Assembly: GCA_028276365.1 (NCBI GenBank)
Contig: JAPYWL010000004.1
Location: forward strand, 1,793-65,792
Length of the DNA stretch: 64,000 nucleotides
Direction: 5' to 3'
Origin: Deltaproteobacteria bacterium
Lineage (GTDB): Bacteria > DRYD01
Shown: piece after piece, positions 27,573 through 37,413 of the stretch
How positions within the stretch are numbered: the first letter of the stretch is position 1
Layout of the letters: every line of letters begins with the position of its first letter
Notes under the pieces: model-generated
Databases searched by the model: none
What the model was told of the DNA's origin: nothing
The model's input: the letters and a program-made list of their open reading frames with translations, nothing else
Position numbers and translations under genes: made by a program

Positions 27573-29657
27573 TTATGTTATAGTTGTTTTGGTGGTGGAA
27601 TATTTAAGAAATTGTGGTTTTAGATCGTTAATGATTTCGCTTATATTTTGGTATCTTTTTTTGGGGTTTTTTTCTAACATTTTTCTTATTATTTTTTCAA
27701 TATCTTTGGGTATATAGGTTGTATTTCCTTCTAATATATGACTATCTACGGGGTTATCTAACATATGAGCTTTAAATACTGCGTATATGTTATCACTTTC
27801 TCCAAATGGTAGTTTTCCTGTTAATAATTGGAAAATTATTATTCCTAAGGAGTATATATCGCTTCTTTGATCTACTTTTTGCCCTTTAATTTGTTCAGGT
27901 GACATATACCAAGGAGTACCTACGAAATCCTGGGTTATGTTTAAAGTTTTGTTAATTATTTTTGAGATTCCAAAATCTGTGATTTTAACGGTTGTTGTTT
28001 CTAAATTATCGTTTGTTAATTTTAATAATATATTTTCTGGTTTTAGATCTCTGTGAACGATTCCTTTTTGGTGGGCATAATCTAAGGCTTCTAATAATTG
28101 CATCCATATATTCATAGTTTCATATATGTTTAGTTTCTTCTTTTCTTTTAAGATTTTATCTAAGCTTTTGCCTTCTACATATTCAAAAGCTATATATGGG
28201 AGATTATCGTCTAAATTATAATCTATTAATTTAACGATGTTTGGATGTGAAAGTAATTTATTTATCTCTATTTCATTTTCTACTCTTTCTTTTATAATAT
28301 CTTCATTTAGAATGTGTTTATGGATAAGTTTTAGAGCTACTAAGTTTTTTGTTTTTGTGTTAATTGCTTTATATACTACTGCTGTTGCCCCTACTCCTAA
28401 TTTTTCTAATAAAACATAATCAGAAACTTTAGGATTATCTTCATTTAATAAATTATTTAAATTGCTAACATTGCTTGATGTATTATTTAGTTGTTCAATT
28501 TTTATTATTGTATCTTTTAATCTTCTTACTTTTTCTGATTTATTTTTATTTTTATTTAGTATTTCATTTATTGATTCTCTTATTTTATTTCTGTTATAAT
28601 ATGCTAATATTGCTAATGCTATACTTGGAAATATTAGTAATGCTAAATATATATAAGGTATGATATGCTCTATATAGAATTTTTTTTCGAGTATAAATGT
28701 TTTAGAATAAGTTGGAAAGGTTAAAGCGTGTGGATTTATTTTAAACGATATTGTTTCATCTTTATATCCCTTTGAGGATATTGACAAATTAAAGCTTTTG
28801 GGAATTAAAAAATTATTATCGTTTTTATATTCCGATAAATCATTTAATTTTAAGTTTTTGCTAGGAGGATTTTCTATTAAAGTTAGAGTTAATTTATTGT
28901 CTTCTTTTTTTGTTAATTTGGTAAAATCAATAGAATTGACAGTAATATTGTAATCAAAATTCTTTATTTTATTTGGATATATATCTGTTATATTGAATAT
29001 AATATCGAATTTTTTGGGGGTTAAGGTTATTGTTAAGTTAGTATCTTGAGTTAAGTAGCCTTCTATTTGTAGTTCTTGGTAGTTGTTATTAATTGGAGAA
29101 ATAAATATTTTTAAATAATCTTCTTCAAGTAAGCTTTGAGCATAATATGAAGATAGGTAATTTTTATTATTATTTTCTTTTAAACCTATTATTTTTATAT
29201 TAGATGGTATATTTTCATTATTTAAATTTTTTATATTTAGCTTTAGGTTATGATACTTTTTATTTGTTATTATTGTATTGTTATAATTATTATATGGGTA
29301 GTTTATGGTATTAGTTTTATTATTATTTAGATAATTTTTTGAAGTATTTTTATATGAATTTAATAAATAATTTTGAGAAGAATTTTTTAGAGAATTATTA
29401 TTTTCTGTGGAATTTTTTTTAATATTATTTTTAATAAAATTTTTTGATTTATTTTTTAAATTTTTAGGAGGGGGTATATTGTCTGTGTTATTAGGATAGT
29501 TGTTTTGTTGGTATTCTTCAGGGATATAGGTTATTGACGCTGAATAAGCAATATTTAAATTTAATAAAATGAATAAGCTAAAGGTTAATATACTAATTAT
29601 GAAAGTAAAAATAGAAAAATATAGATAGTATTTTGTTTTGTAATTTTTAGTGTTCAT
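27573..29657 (-). CDS. Hanks-type Ser/Thr protein kinase with an N-terminal extracytoplasmic Asn-rich domain and a C-terminal kinase domain
   Basis: Kinase motifs are GVGATAVVYKA, VALK, HRDLKPENILL, DFGISK and GTPWYMSPE. Hydrophobic segments lie at about aa 11-38 and about aa 330-352. Confidence 0.9.
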   Translation of the reverse strand: MNTKNYKTKYYLYFSIFTFIISILTFSLFILLNLNIAYSASITYIPEEYQQNNYPNNTDNIPPPKNLKNKSKNFIKNNIKKNSTENNNSLKNSSQNYLLNSYKNTSKNYLNNNKTNTINYPYNNYNNTIITNKKYHNLKLNIKNLNNENIPSNIKIIGLKENNNKNYLSSYYAQSLLEEDYLKIFISPINNNYQELQIEGYLTQDTNLTITLTPKKFDIIFNITDIYPNKIKNFDYNITVNSIDFTKLTKKEDNKLTLTLIENPPSKNLKLNDLSEYKNDNNFLIPKSFNLSISSKGYKDETISFKINPHALTFPTYSKTFILEKKFYIEHIIPYIYLALLIFPSIALAILAYYNRNKIRESINEILNKNKNKSEKVRRLKDTIIKIEQLNNTSSNVSNLNNLLNEDNPKVSDYVLLEKLGVGATAVVYKAINTKTKNLVALKLIHKHILNEDIIKERVENEIEINKLLSHPNIVKLIDYNLDDNLPYIAFEYVEGKSLDKILKEKKKLNIYETMNIWMQLLEALDYAHQKGIVHRDLKPENILLKLTNDNLETTTVKITDFGISKIINKTLNITQDFVGTPWYMSPEQIKGQKVDQRSDIYSLGIIIFQLLTGKLPFGESDNIYAVFKAHMLDNPVDSHILEGNTTYIPKDIEKIIRKMLEKNPKKRYQNISEIINDLKPQFLKYSTTKTTIT

Positions 29658-29689
29658 GTTTCCTCCTGTATATATTTTTTTAATATTTT

Positions 29690-30610
29690 TTATTTAGCTG
29701 TATATAGTTCAGCTAATAGAGAAAATAGGTCAGCTATTTTTTCAATAATTTTATTAGTAGTTTGCTCATCAGCTCCATTTTTAATAGCGTCATATAGTTC
29801 TTTTTCTGCTTCTTTTAATAATTTCCTTGCTCTGCTTATGTTTTCATAGTATGGTTGTTCGTTAAGATCTGATATACCTCTTGCTTTTAATTCTTTTTTA
29901 ATATCTTCTCTTATATCTGTATAATCTTTTTTCTTCTTTTTTTTGAGTTTATTAAAGGCTACTGACATCATTCCTGCTGCAATTGATGAGAATTGGTTTT
30001 CTTCTGCTTCTCCTTTAGGTACATTTTTTAGTTTATTATCGTTAAAATCTTCTACCATTTTTTTGGCATCTTTTACTAATTTAACTAATTGTAATTTTAC
30101 AAAGATTTCAGCATTTTGAGGATTCATTATCAATTGGGTATTTAGGATTTTTTCTAAGTTTTCTATTGCTTTGTTATCTGCATTTAACCAGGTCATAACA
30201 AATCGTTGGGTAGTATTTTCATCGGCTTTTACTTTATTCATTAAAGCGAAGTTGGAGTTAGGATTTAGCATTGAAGATAACCAGTCTTTTAAAACTCCTT
30301 TTAAGGATTGTAGTTCTTGTTTATAAAGAGGAATAGAATCTTTTTGTTGAGTTTGGTTTTTATTTTTTAATAGGTTAATATTGGATAATTGAGATTTTCT
30401 TATTTGATCTTGTTTTAATTGTTCTTGTTTTAGTTGTTCTTGTTGTTGAGTTTGAGTTAATTCTTTTTGTAGTTGTTCTTTTTTTTCTGCTTGTTGGGAT
30501 ATAGTGTCTTTAATAGTATTTTGGGATTCATTTTTTTTAGCTATGTCTTGAGTTTTTCCGGTAAATGAGGCTTGCGTTGTTTTCATTCTATTTATATTTG
30601 TACTATCCAT
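29690..30610 (-). CDS. Hypothetical Gln/Lys-rich coiled-coil protein, immediately upstream of the kinase on the same strand
   Basis: QQQEQLKQEQLKQDQ repeat and a KKKKKK tract. No TM segment and no motif I recognise. A 32-nt gap separates it from the kinase gene. Confidence 0.5.
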   Translation of the reverse strand: MDSTNINRMKTTQASFTGKTQDIAKKNESQNTIKDTISQQAEKKEQLQKELTQTQQQEQLKQEQLKQDQIRKSQLSNINLLKNKNQTQQKDSIPLYKQELQSLKGVLKDWLSSMLNPNSNFALMNKVKADENTTQRFVMTWLNADNKAIENLEKILNTQLIMNPQNAEIFVKLQLVKLVKDAKKMVEDFNDNKLKNVPKGEAEENQFSSIAAGMMSVAFNKLKKKKKKDYTDIREDIKKELKARGISDLNEQPYYENISRARKLLKEAEKELYDAIKNGADEQTTNKIIEKIADLFSLLAELYTAK

Positions 30611-30849
30611 AAGAAAATTACACCTCTATATAAATTCGGCTCTTACTATCATTTTATTTTAGAATTAAATTATTAATAAAATGTTAAATTTTATTTAAAA
30701 AAATGTAAATTTTTTTTAAGAGTAGTTAATTAATATATAGAAGTTTTTAAAATACTTTTAAGTTGATTTTTAAAAGGACTGTTTGGAAATAGAAAGAATA
30801 TTTTAAAAAAATAATTTAAAAAAATACATATAAAAGTGGAGTGTAAATT

Positions 30850-32370
30850 ATGAGTAATAGTTTTTATTCTATAGGCGTGTTAATTTTGATTTTAGCTCAT
30901 TTAGTTTTACCATTATTATTATTTTTTATAAAAGAAAAGTATGTTAGATGTTATTCTATAATAATAGGTAGTTTAATAGGGGCTTTTTCTATATTTTTAG
31001 CACTTTCTTTTTATTATAACCCTGACATTACTTTATTTACTTTTAATTTAAATTTATTTGGGTTAGATTATAGGTTTAGAATAGATAATTTTAACTATAG
31101 TTTAATATTATTAAATGGTTTAATAACTTTTGCTTTTCCTTTGGCTACTCATATTAAAGAAAGGGAAAAAGATTTTTATGTTTTAGCGTTTTTGGTTATG
31201 TTGGGGACTGCTGGTTTATTTTTAACTCAAAATATGATACTTTTTGTATTGTTTTACGAGTTAGCAAGTGTTCCTATGTATTTTTTAATTGCCAATTGGG
31301 GTAGTTTAGGATTAACTCCTTTTAGAAAAGTTGAGCCTAAATATGCTGCTATGAAATTATTTATTTATCTTCAGTTAGGTGGAATATTAGTAATGTTGGG
31401 ATTTTTTATATTACATTCTTTAGTATTTCCTAATGATTTATTTAATAATTGGAATTTTAGTGATTATGAAAATATAATTAAGGTGAAGGGATATTTAGTA
31501 GATACTGATTTAGCTAAGATTTTATTTATTTTATTTTTTGTAGCTTTTGGGATAGAGGCTGCATTAGTACCATTTCATACTTGGTTACCTGATGGGCACT
31601 CTGCTGCTCCTAGTTCTATTAGTATGATTTTAGCAGGTATATTACTTAAGATGGGAACCTATGGGATTCTTAGAATCCCTTTTGTATTTTTTAATGAAGC
31701 TTTAAATAGTTTATCTTTAGTAATTATATTTTGGGGATTAATAAATATGTTTTGGGGAGCTTTTAATGCTTATAGACAAATAGATTTTAAATATTTAATA
31801 GCTTATTCTAGTATAAGTCATATGGGAGTAATTTTTATGGGGCTTGGTGCTAATAATGATTTAGGAGTAAGTGCAGCTATATTTCAGATGGTTTCTCACG
31901 GTTTAATTTCTGCGGTTATGTTTTCAGTTGCTGGGTCTTTTCAATATAGAACTAATACGAGGATATTAGATAATTATGGAGGGCTTTTAAGAGTGATGCC
32001 ATTTATTGGATCTATACTAATTTTTGCTTCTATGGCTAATTTAGGGTTACCTGGATTAAGTGGATTTGTTTCTGAGCTAATTGGTATATCTGCTTCTTTA
32101 AAAGCTATTTATTCTAATAATCTCAAAATTATCTTTCTTTTAGTTTCATTAGGTGCTATTTTTATTACTACTGTTTATGTTATTAATTTACTTGAAAAAG
32201 TTTTATATAAAAGAATAAATCCTAATTACTATGAATTAAAGGATGCTCATTGGGATGAAAAATTACATTTAACTATTTTAGCTTTATTTATATTAGTATT
32301 AGGTATTTATCCCAGATTAATAATGGATTTATCTAATTTAATTAAAATAAAGCAAATTATAGGGTTATAG
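30850..32370 (+). CDS. nuoM: NADH-quinone oxidoreductase subunit M (NuoM/ND4/NdhD-like)
   Basis: PFHTWLPDGHSAAPSSISMILAGILLKMGTYGILR and AYSSISHMG. 506 aa, polytopic. Confidence 0.9.
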   Translation: MSNSFYSIGVLILILAHLVLPLLLFFIKEKYVRCYSIIIGSLIGAFSIFLALSFYYNPDITLFTFNLNLFGLDYRFRIDNFNYSLILLNGLITFAFPLATHIKEREKDFYVLAFLVMLGTAGLFLTQNMILFVLFYELASVPMYFLIANWGSLGLTPFRKVEPKYAAMKLFIYLQLGGILVMLGFFILHSLVFPNDLFNNWNFSDYENIIKVKGYLVDTDLAKILFILFFVAFGIEAALVPFHTWLPDGHSAAPSSISMILAGILLKMGTYGILRIPFVFFNEALNSLSLVIIFWGLINMFWGAFNAYRQIDFKYLIAYSSISHMGVIFMGLGANNDLGVSAAIFQMVSHGLISAVMFSVAGSFQYRTNTRILDNYGGLLRVMPFIGSILIFASMANLGLPGLSGFVSELIGISASLKAIYSNNLKIIFLLVSLGAIFITTVYVINLLEKVLYKRINPNYYELKDAHWDEKLHLTILALFILVLGIYPRLIMDLSNLIKIKQIIGL

Positions 32371-32398
32371 AAAGATAATAGAAGGAGTTGAATTATTT

Positions 32399-33898
32399 AT
32401 GGATATATTATTTAAGTTATTTCCAGAGGCTATTTTAACTATTTCTATTATTTTTAATATTTTAATAATTTCAATTGCTAAAAATATTAAGGAATTAAGG
32501 AATGCTTTTCTGTTGGTTTTTATATTTTCTATATTTTTTACAATTGCTTCCTTGATTTTTCAATTATATTTTATAGTAAGTGGAAGTGAGCTTATTGATT
32601 TATCTTTAATTTTAAATAATATTATGGTTTATGGGGTAAGTTCTTTTGAGATAGTTAGTAAAATATTGTTATCTATTGTAGCTATTATTTTAGCTTTTAT
32701 TGTTTCTATATATTTTTATACAGATAAATATGAGCATAGATATTTCAAATTAGAATATTTACCTTTATTTTTAACTGTTTTATTGGGTTCATTTGTTTTA
32801 GTTAGTGCTAAAGACTTATTAACTTTTTTAATAGGCTTTGAGTTGGTTGCTATTCCTTCTTATTTTGTTATAGCACTTGATAATAAGAATAAAATATCTT
32901 TAGAAGGTAGTATTAAGTATTTTTTAATTGGCTCTATTTCCACTATTAGCATTATTTTAGGTATTTTGATATTTTATATATTTAACGGGAGCTTTTTATA
33001 TTCTGCTAATTTAAATAATTTTAATTTAATTTCTTTAAAGTTAGGGTTTTTATTTATTTTAATTGGTATTATTTTAAAATTAGCTGTATTTCCATTTTCT
33101 TTTTGGATTCAAGACGCTTATTATGCTAGTAGAATTCCTTATTTATTACTTATTTCTACATTTCCTAAGTATTCTGTGGTTTTAGCTTTAATAAATATGT
33201 TAAGTTATATTCAGGATGGATATTTTAAGATTTTATTGAGTGTATTGGCGGTTTTATCTATGGTTATGGGGGTATTTTGGGCTTTAAATGAAAATGATAT
33301 AAAAAAAATTATAGCTTATTCTACTGTTTTTAATATGGGTTTTATTTTAATTCCATTTACTGGATTCTCTTTTAATATTGAACAAAAAATTTATGTTTTG
33401 TCTTTAGTTAATTTTTATATTTTTCAGTATATTTTATCTACTATTTTAATTTTGGGAGTTTTATTATATTTAGAAGAAAAATATGATACTACTGATATGT
33501 TAAAACTAAAAGGAGTTTTAGCTAATAATAAAGCTTTATCGTTTTTGTTAATTGTGGGATTACTTTCTACTGCCGGGTTACCTCCTACTGTTGGTTTTAT
33601 TGCTAAGTTTTTTGTCTTAGCTTTTTCTTATAAATTTAACCCTATTTTAGTTATAATTGCAATTATATTTTCAGTTGCTTCACTATATTATTATTATAGA
33701 ATAGCTAAAGAATTATACGTTGAAAAAGAATTTAGTTTAGCTAATAACTTATCTTCTTTAGATTTTTCTTTAAAAAATTCTTTTTTGTATTATGTTTCTC
33801 TTTTTGGTGTTTCTATTTTGTTAATAATTTTAGGATTATTACCTTATTTTATTACTAATACGTTCTATTTTATTACTTATACTACTATTAAGTTTTAA
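32399..33898 (+). CDS. nuoN: NADH-quinone oxidoreductase subunit N (NuoN/ND2/NdhB-like)
   Basis: GFELVAIPSY, FPFSFWIQDAYYASRIP, IAYSTVFNMG and GLPPTVGFIAKF. Confidence 0.85.
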   Translation: MDILFKLFPEAILTISIIFNILIISIAKNIKELRNAFLLVFIFSIFFTIASLIFQLYFIVSGSELIDLSLILNNIMVYGVSSFEIVSKILLSIVAIILAFIVSIYFYTDKYEHRYFKLEYLPLFLTVLLGSFVLVSAKDLLTFLIGFELVAIPSYFVIALDNKNKISLEGSIKYFLIGSISTISIILGILIFYIFNGSFLYSANLNNFNLISLKLGFLFILIGIILKLAVFPFSFWIQDAYYASRIPYLLLISTFPKYSVVLALINMLSYIQDGYFKILLSVLAVLSMVMGVFWALNENDIKKIIAYSTVFNMGFILIPFTGFSFNIEQKIYVLSLVNFYIFQYILSTILILGVLLYLEEKYDTTDMLKLKGVLANNKALSFLLIVGLLSTAGLPPTVGFIAKFFVLAFSYKFNPILVIIAIIFSVASLYYYYRIAKELYVEKEFSLANNLSSLDFSLKNSFLYYVSLFGVSILLIILGLLPYFITNTFYFITYTTIKF

Positions 33899-34281
33899 GT
33901 TTAGGTTGCCTGAGGATTTGGTAAGTATTTAAGTTATTTCATATTTTTTATATTTTGAACCGATAAAATATCAGAAATCTGGGGGTTCCTGAAAAAATAC
34001 TTTGGTTAAAAAACTTGATAAGAAAAAAGAGGAAATAGAATTTTTACTTGAAAATTTGGAAAAAATAAAAGATAGTATTGATATTATTGAAAAAAGATTA
34101 GTAAAGAAAAAATTAGCAAGAAAAACTTAGAAAGAAAAGGATAAATTTTTTAGATTTTTTTATATATTTTGAATATATTTTGGATATAAAAAGGTTTTTA
34201 TTGGTTTTAATAAAATATTATTAATGTAAGGATTATTTTTAGGGGTAAATTTAATTTTAACATATTTAAGGAGGAGGTTTT

Positions 34282-34692
34282 ATGACTAGGATAGGGAAAG
34301 GTGAAAAAATATTAATAATTGATGATGAGGAGAATTTAGTAGATCTTATTTCTAATATTTTAAAACATGAAGGTTTTGTAACGGTTAGTGCATATAATGG
34401 GAAAGATGGTTTAGAGAAAGCTAAACAAGAAAAACCAAATATAATAATACTTGATATAATGATGCCCCAGATGGATGGTTTTGAAGTTCTTAAGAAATTA
34501 AAGGAAGATGAGGAAACTAAGGATATTCCAGTTATAATGTTAACTGCAAAAACCGAAGATAGTGCTGTTATAGAAAGTTGGAGGAAGGGAGCTGAATTTT
34601 ATATTCCTAAGCCCTTTGAGATTGAAGAAGTACTTCATGTAATAGAATTAATACTTAAAAATAAATACGCTAATTCTAATCAACAAAATTAG
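34282..34692 (+). CDS. Single-domain response regulator (CheY-like receiver)
   Basis: ILIIDDEENL, phospho-acceptor context IILDIMMPQMDG, MLTAK and IPKPF. No output domain and no adjacent histidine kinase. Confidence 0.9.
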   Translation: MTRIGKGEKILIIDDEENLVDLISNILKHEGFVTVSAYNGKDGLEKAKQEKPNIIILDIMMPQMDGFEVLKKLKEDEETKDIPVIMLTAKTEDSAVIESWRKGAEFYIPKPFEIEEVLHVIELILKNKYANSNQQN

Positions 34693-34737
34693 TTTATTTT
34701 ATTTACTATTTATTTTTTCTTTCAATGGATTTTTTAA

Positions 34738-35676
34738 ATGAATACGAAAGTAAATATCATTGAGGATTTTAAATATTATTTAGTTTCAAAAGGTTTAGGT
34801 AGTAGAACTATTAAAGAGTATATACTTGATGTTCTAAAATTCCAAGAATTTGTAGAAAATGAGGTTATAAATTTGATTAATTTACTGGATTTATCTGAAG
34901 ATAGGATATTAAAGATAATTCAAAAATATGTATCTATATTAAAATTGGAGAAAAATCAGAGTAATAGAGGAATAAATAGGAAGTTATCTGCTATAAAAAA
35001 ATTTTTTTTATTTGCTTTTAAAAATGGATTAACTAATAAAAACATAAGCAATTTAATAGAAATGTTAAAAACTCCAAAAACTTTACCCAAAGCTATTAGT
35101 ATTAGTGATTTAAAACAATTCATATTAAATATTGATTTGTTTATAGATAGTAATAAAAAATTAAGTACTTTTAAAAAGAATTTTTTAAAAGTAAGGAATA
35201 GATTAATTATATATTTTTTATTTTTTACAGGGGTTAGAGTATCTGAATTGGTTAATATAAAAATTAATGAAATAGATTTTGAAAGTAATACTATTAAAGT
35301 TTTAGGAAAAGGTAATAAAGAAAGGATTGTTATATTTTCTGATGAATTAAAGGATCTAATAAATGAATATTTAACTATAAGGAAGGATTTTATTAAGGAT
35401 AACGAGTATTTGTTTATTAGCTTAAGAAAAAAAAGAATAACACCAAGAATGATTCAGATTTTATTTAAGAAATTATCTAAATTAGTAATGAAGAGTTTTA
35501 ATATAACACCTCATGTTTTAAGGCATACTTTTGCTACTGTTATGCTTAGTAATGGTGCTGATATAGTTAGTATTAAGGAATTATTAGGTCATTCAAGTTT
35601 AAGCACTACTCAGATTTATACAAAGGTATCAATACAACATTTAAAAGATAATTATAAATTAAATAAAGTGTTATAA
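34738..35676 (+). CDS. Tyrosine site-specific recombinase, XerC/XerD family
   Basis: Motifs GVRVSEL, LRHTFATVML and LLGHSSLSTTQIYTKV. An N-terminal SAM-like core-binding domain is present. Confidence 0.88.
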   Translation: MNTKVNIIEDFKYYLVSKGLGSRTIKEYILDVLKFQEFVENEVINLINLLDLSEDRILKIIQKYVSILKLEKNQSNRGINRKLSAIKKFFLFAFKNGLTNKNISNLIEMLKTPKTLPKAISISDLKQFILNIDLFIDSNKKLSTFKKNFLKVRNRLIIYFLFFTGVRVSELVNIKINEIDFESNTIKVLGKGNKERIVIFSDELKDLINEYLTIRKDFIKDNEYLFISLRKKRITPRMIQILFKKLSKLVMKSFNITPHVLRHTFATVMLSNGADIVSIKELLGHSSLSTTQIYTKVSIQHLKDNYKLNKVL

Positions 35677-35705
35677 AATAGAGTATTATAGATGTATTTT
35701 AGGTT

Positions 35706-37307
35706 ATGTTAGTTAATTATATTAGTTTATATAGAAAGTATAGGCCATCTAAGTTTGGAGAAGTTATTGGTCAAGATGTTAGTATTAAAATATTAACTAA
35801 TTCTATATTAAAGAAAGAGGTATTTCATGCTTATATATTTAATGGTACAAGGGGTACAGGAAAAACAACAGTAGCTAGGATTTTAGCAAAGGCTTTAAAT
35901 TGTTTAAATTTAAATGGTTTTGAGCCTTGTGATGAATGTTATAATTGTAAAGCAATAATGAATTTTTCTTTTCCTGATGTTATTGAAATAGATGCTGCTT
36001 CCAATAGAGGGATAAATGAAATAAGAGAAATAAGAGATAATGCTAAATTATCTCCTTTAAAAGGTAGGTATAAAGTTTATATTATAGATGAGGTACATAT
36101 GTTGACCATAGAAGCTTTTAATGCTTTATTAAAGACTTTAGAAGAACCACCTAAAAACGTAGTTTTTATCTTAGCTACTACTGATATACATAAAGTACCA
36201 ATTACTATTCTATCAAGGTGTCAGCAAGTAGAATTCAAAAGAGTTGATTATCATTTAATATTTAATCATTTAAAAAATATTTGTCAAAAAGAGGGGATTA
36301 ATATAGATGATCAAGCTTTAATGTATATTTCTAAAGTATCTAAAGGATCAGTTAGAGATTCTATTAGTATATTAGAACAAGTTAAAAATATATCTGATAA
36401 AATCACTTTAGAAGATATTTTTAAAATATTTTCTATCTATTCTTTTGAATTGATTAAAAATTATATTTATTATATTTTAGACGGTAATTTTAAGGAAGTT
36501 GTTAGTATTATTAATATAATAAGAACTAACGCTGTTAATATTTATAACTTTTTATATAATTTAAATACTGAGTTAAAAGAAATTATCTATTATTATTTTA
36601 ATTCTGAAGTTATTGAAAAAGATTTAACTAAAGATCAAATTAAATTTTATAAATTTATAATAAATAAATTTGATATAAGATTAATTTACGAATTATTAAG
36701 GAATCTTAATTCTGTTTTAAATTTTTATAAAAATGATAATGATTATTATCTTTTTGAGGTTCAGACATTATCATTTATTTTTAACCTTAGTAAATACTTA
36801 AAAAATAAGAGTAGCGAAGAAAGTAGTAGAGATTCTGAGTTTAAATCTTTGGATACTGATTATCAAAATAAAGAAAAAATTATTACAAATTTAGAAGATA
36901 CTAAAAGTAATAATATTTTAATAAGTAATAATATTTTAATTAATCAAGTGAATACACAAGAAAGTAAAGAAATAATTTTTAATGAAAATATAGGAAAAGA
37001 ATATACAAAAGAATATACAAATGAGGATACAAAGGAAGAAGTTAAAAATTTAGAAGTTGATATAAAAAATAATATTTTAAATTTGATTTTGGATAAAAAC
37101 TTACAGAGTGCTATTAAAGCTGCTGATAAAGTTATTTTTATTAATAATTCTTTGGTATTTTATTTTGATAGTTCTAAAAAAATTAATCAAACTTATAAAA
37201 ATCTTATAAAGATCTCTAAAGAAAAAATTAAAAATTATCTTTTGAATAAATATAATATTAATGAAATTGTTTTAGTAGATGATTCTAAAAAAAAAATGAC
37301 AATTTAG
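35706..37307 (+). CDS. dnaX: DNA polymerase III subunit gamma/tau
   Basis: YRPSKFGEVIGQD, Walker A GTRGTGKTT, a Zn module (CLNLNGFEPCDECYNC), IIDEVHML and SRCQ. The 0-frame ends 3 codons after an A10 tract (see findings). Confidence 0.93.
   Translation: MLVNYISLYRKYRPSKFGEVIGQDVSIKILTNSILKKEVFHAYIFNGTRGTGKTTVARILAKALNCLNLNGFEPCDECYNCKAIMNFSFPDVIEIDAASNRGINEIREIRDNAKLSPLKGRYKVYIIDEVHMLTIEAFNALLKTLEEPPKNVVFILATTDIHKVPITILSRCQQVEFKRVDYHLIFNHLKNICQKEGINIDDQALMYISKVSKGSVRDSISILEQVKNISDKITLEDIFKIFSIYSFELIKNYIYYILDGNFKEVVSIINIIRTNAVNIYNFLYNLNTELKEIIYYYFNSEVIEKDLTKDQIKFYKFIINKFDIRLIYELLRNLNSVLNFYKNDNDYYLFEVQTLSFIFNLSKYLKNKSSEESSRDSEFKSLDTDYQNKEKIITNLEDTKSNNILISNNILINQVNTQESKEIIFNENIGKEYTKEYTNEDTKEEVKNLEVDIKNNILNLILDKNLQSAIKAADKVIFINNSLVFYFDSSKKINQTYKNLIKISKEKIKNYLLNKYNINEIVLVDDSKKKMTI
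37287..37296 (+). other. A10 homopolymer near the dnaX 3' end. Candidate slippage/recoding site, or a homopolymer base-calling error.
   Basis: Ten consecutive A, counted by hand. The -1 frame stays open from 37295 to the TGA at 37415..37417. Confidence 0.6.
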
Positions 37308-37413
37308 ATAGTAGTAATAAAGAAATGGAAGCTAATCAAATAGTTAATAAAGAGAGTATATTTATAAGGGATTTTGAAGGGTTTATAGAATTCATAAAGA
37401 GGGAATTAGAGTT

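Noticed and set aside
34002-34130. 42-codon Lys/Glu-rich coiled-coil-like ORF (LVKKLDKKKEEIEFLLENLEKIKDSIDIIEKRLVKKKLARKT) in the nuoN to response-regulator spacer.
   Set aside because: It has only a TTG start, no SD, and begins 9 nt after an in-frame TGA. The composition is what A-rich spacer DNA yields by chance. It could be a gene remnant, but that is not supportable.
34738-35676. Tyrosine recombinase as a marker of an integrated mobile element. It lies next to an orphan response regulator and a 384-nt spacer.
   Set aside because: The sequence looks like chromosomal XerC/XerD. The flanks are housekeeping genes (nuoN, dnaX). I saw no flanking direct repeats, tRNA target, or phage or plasmid genes.
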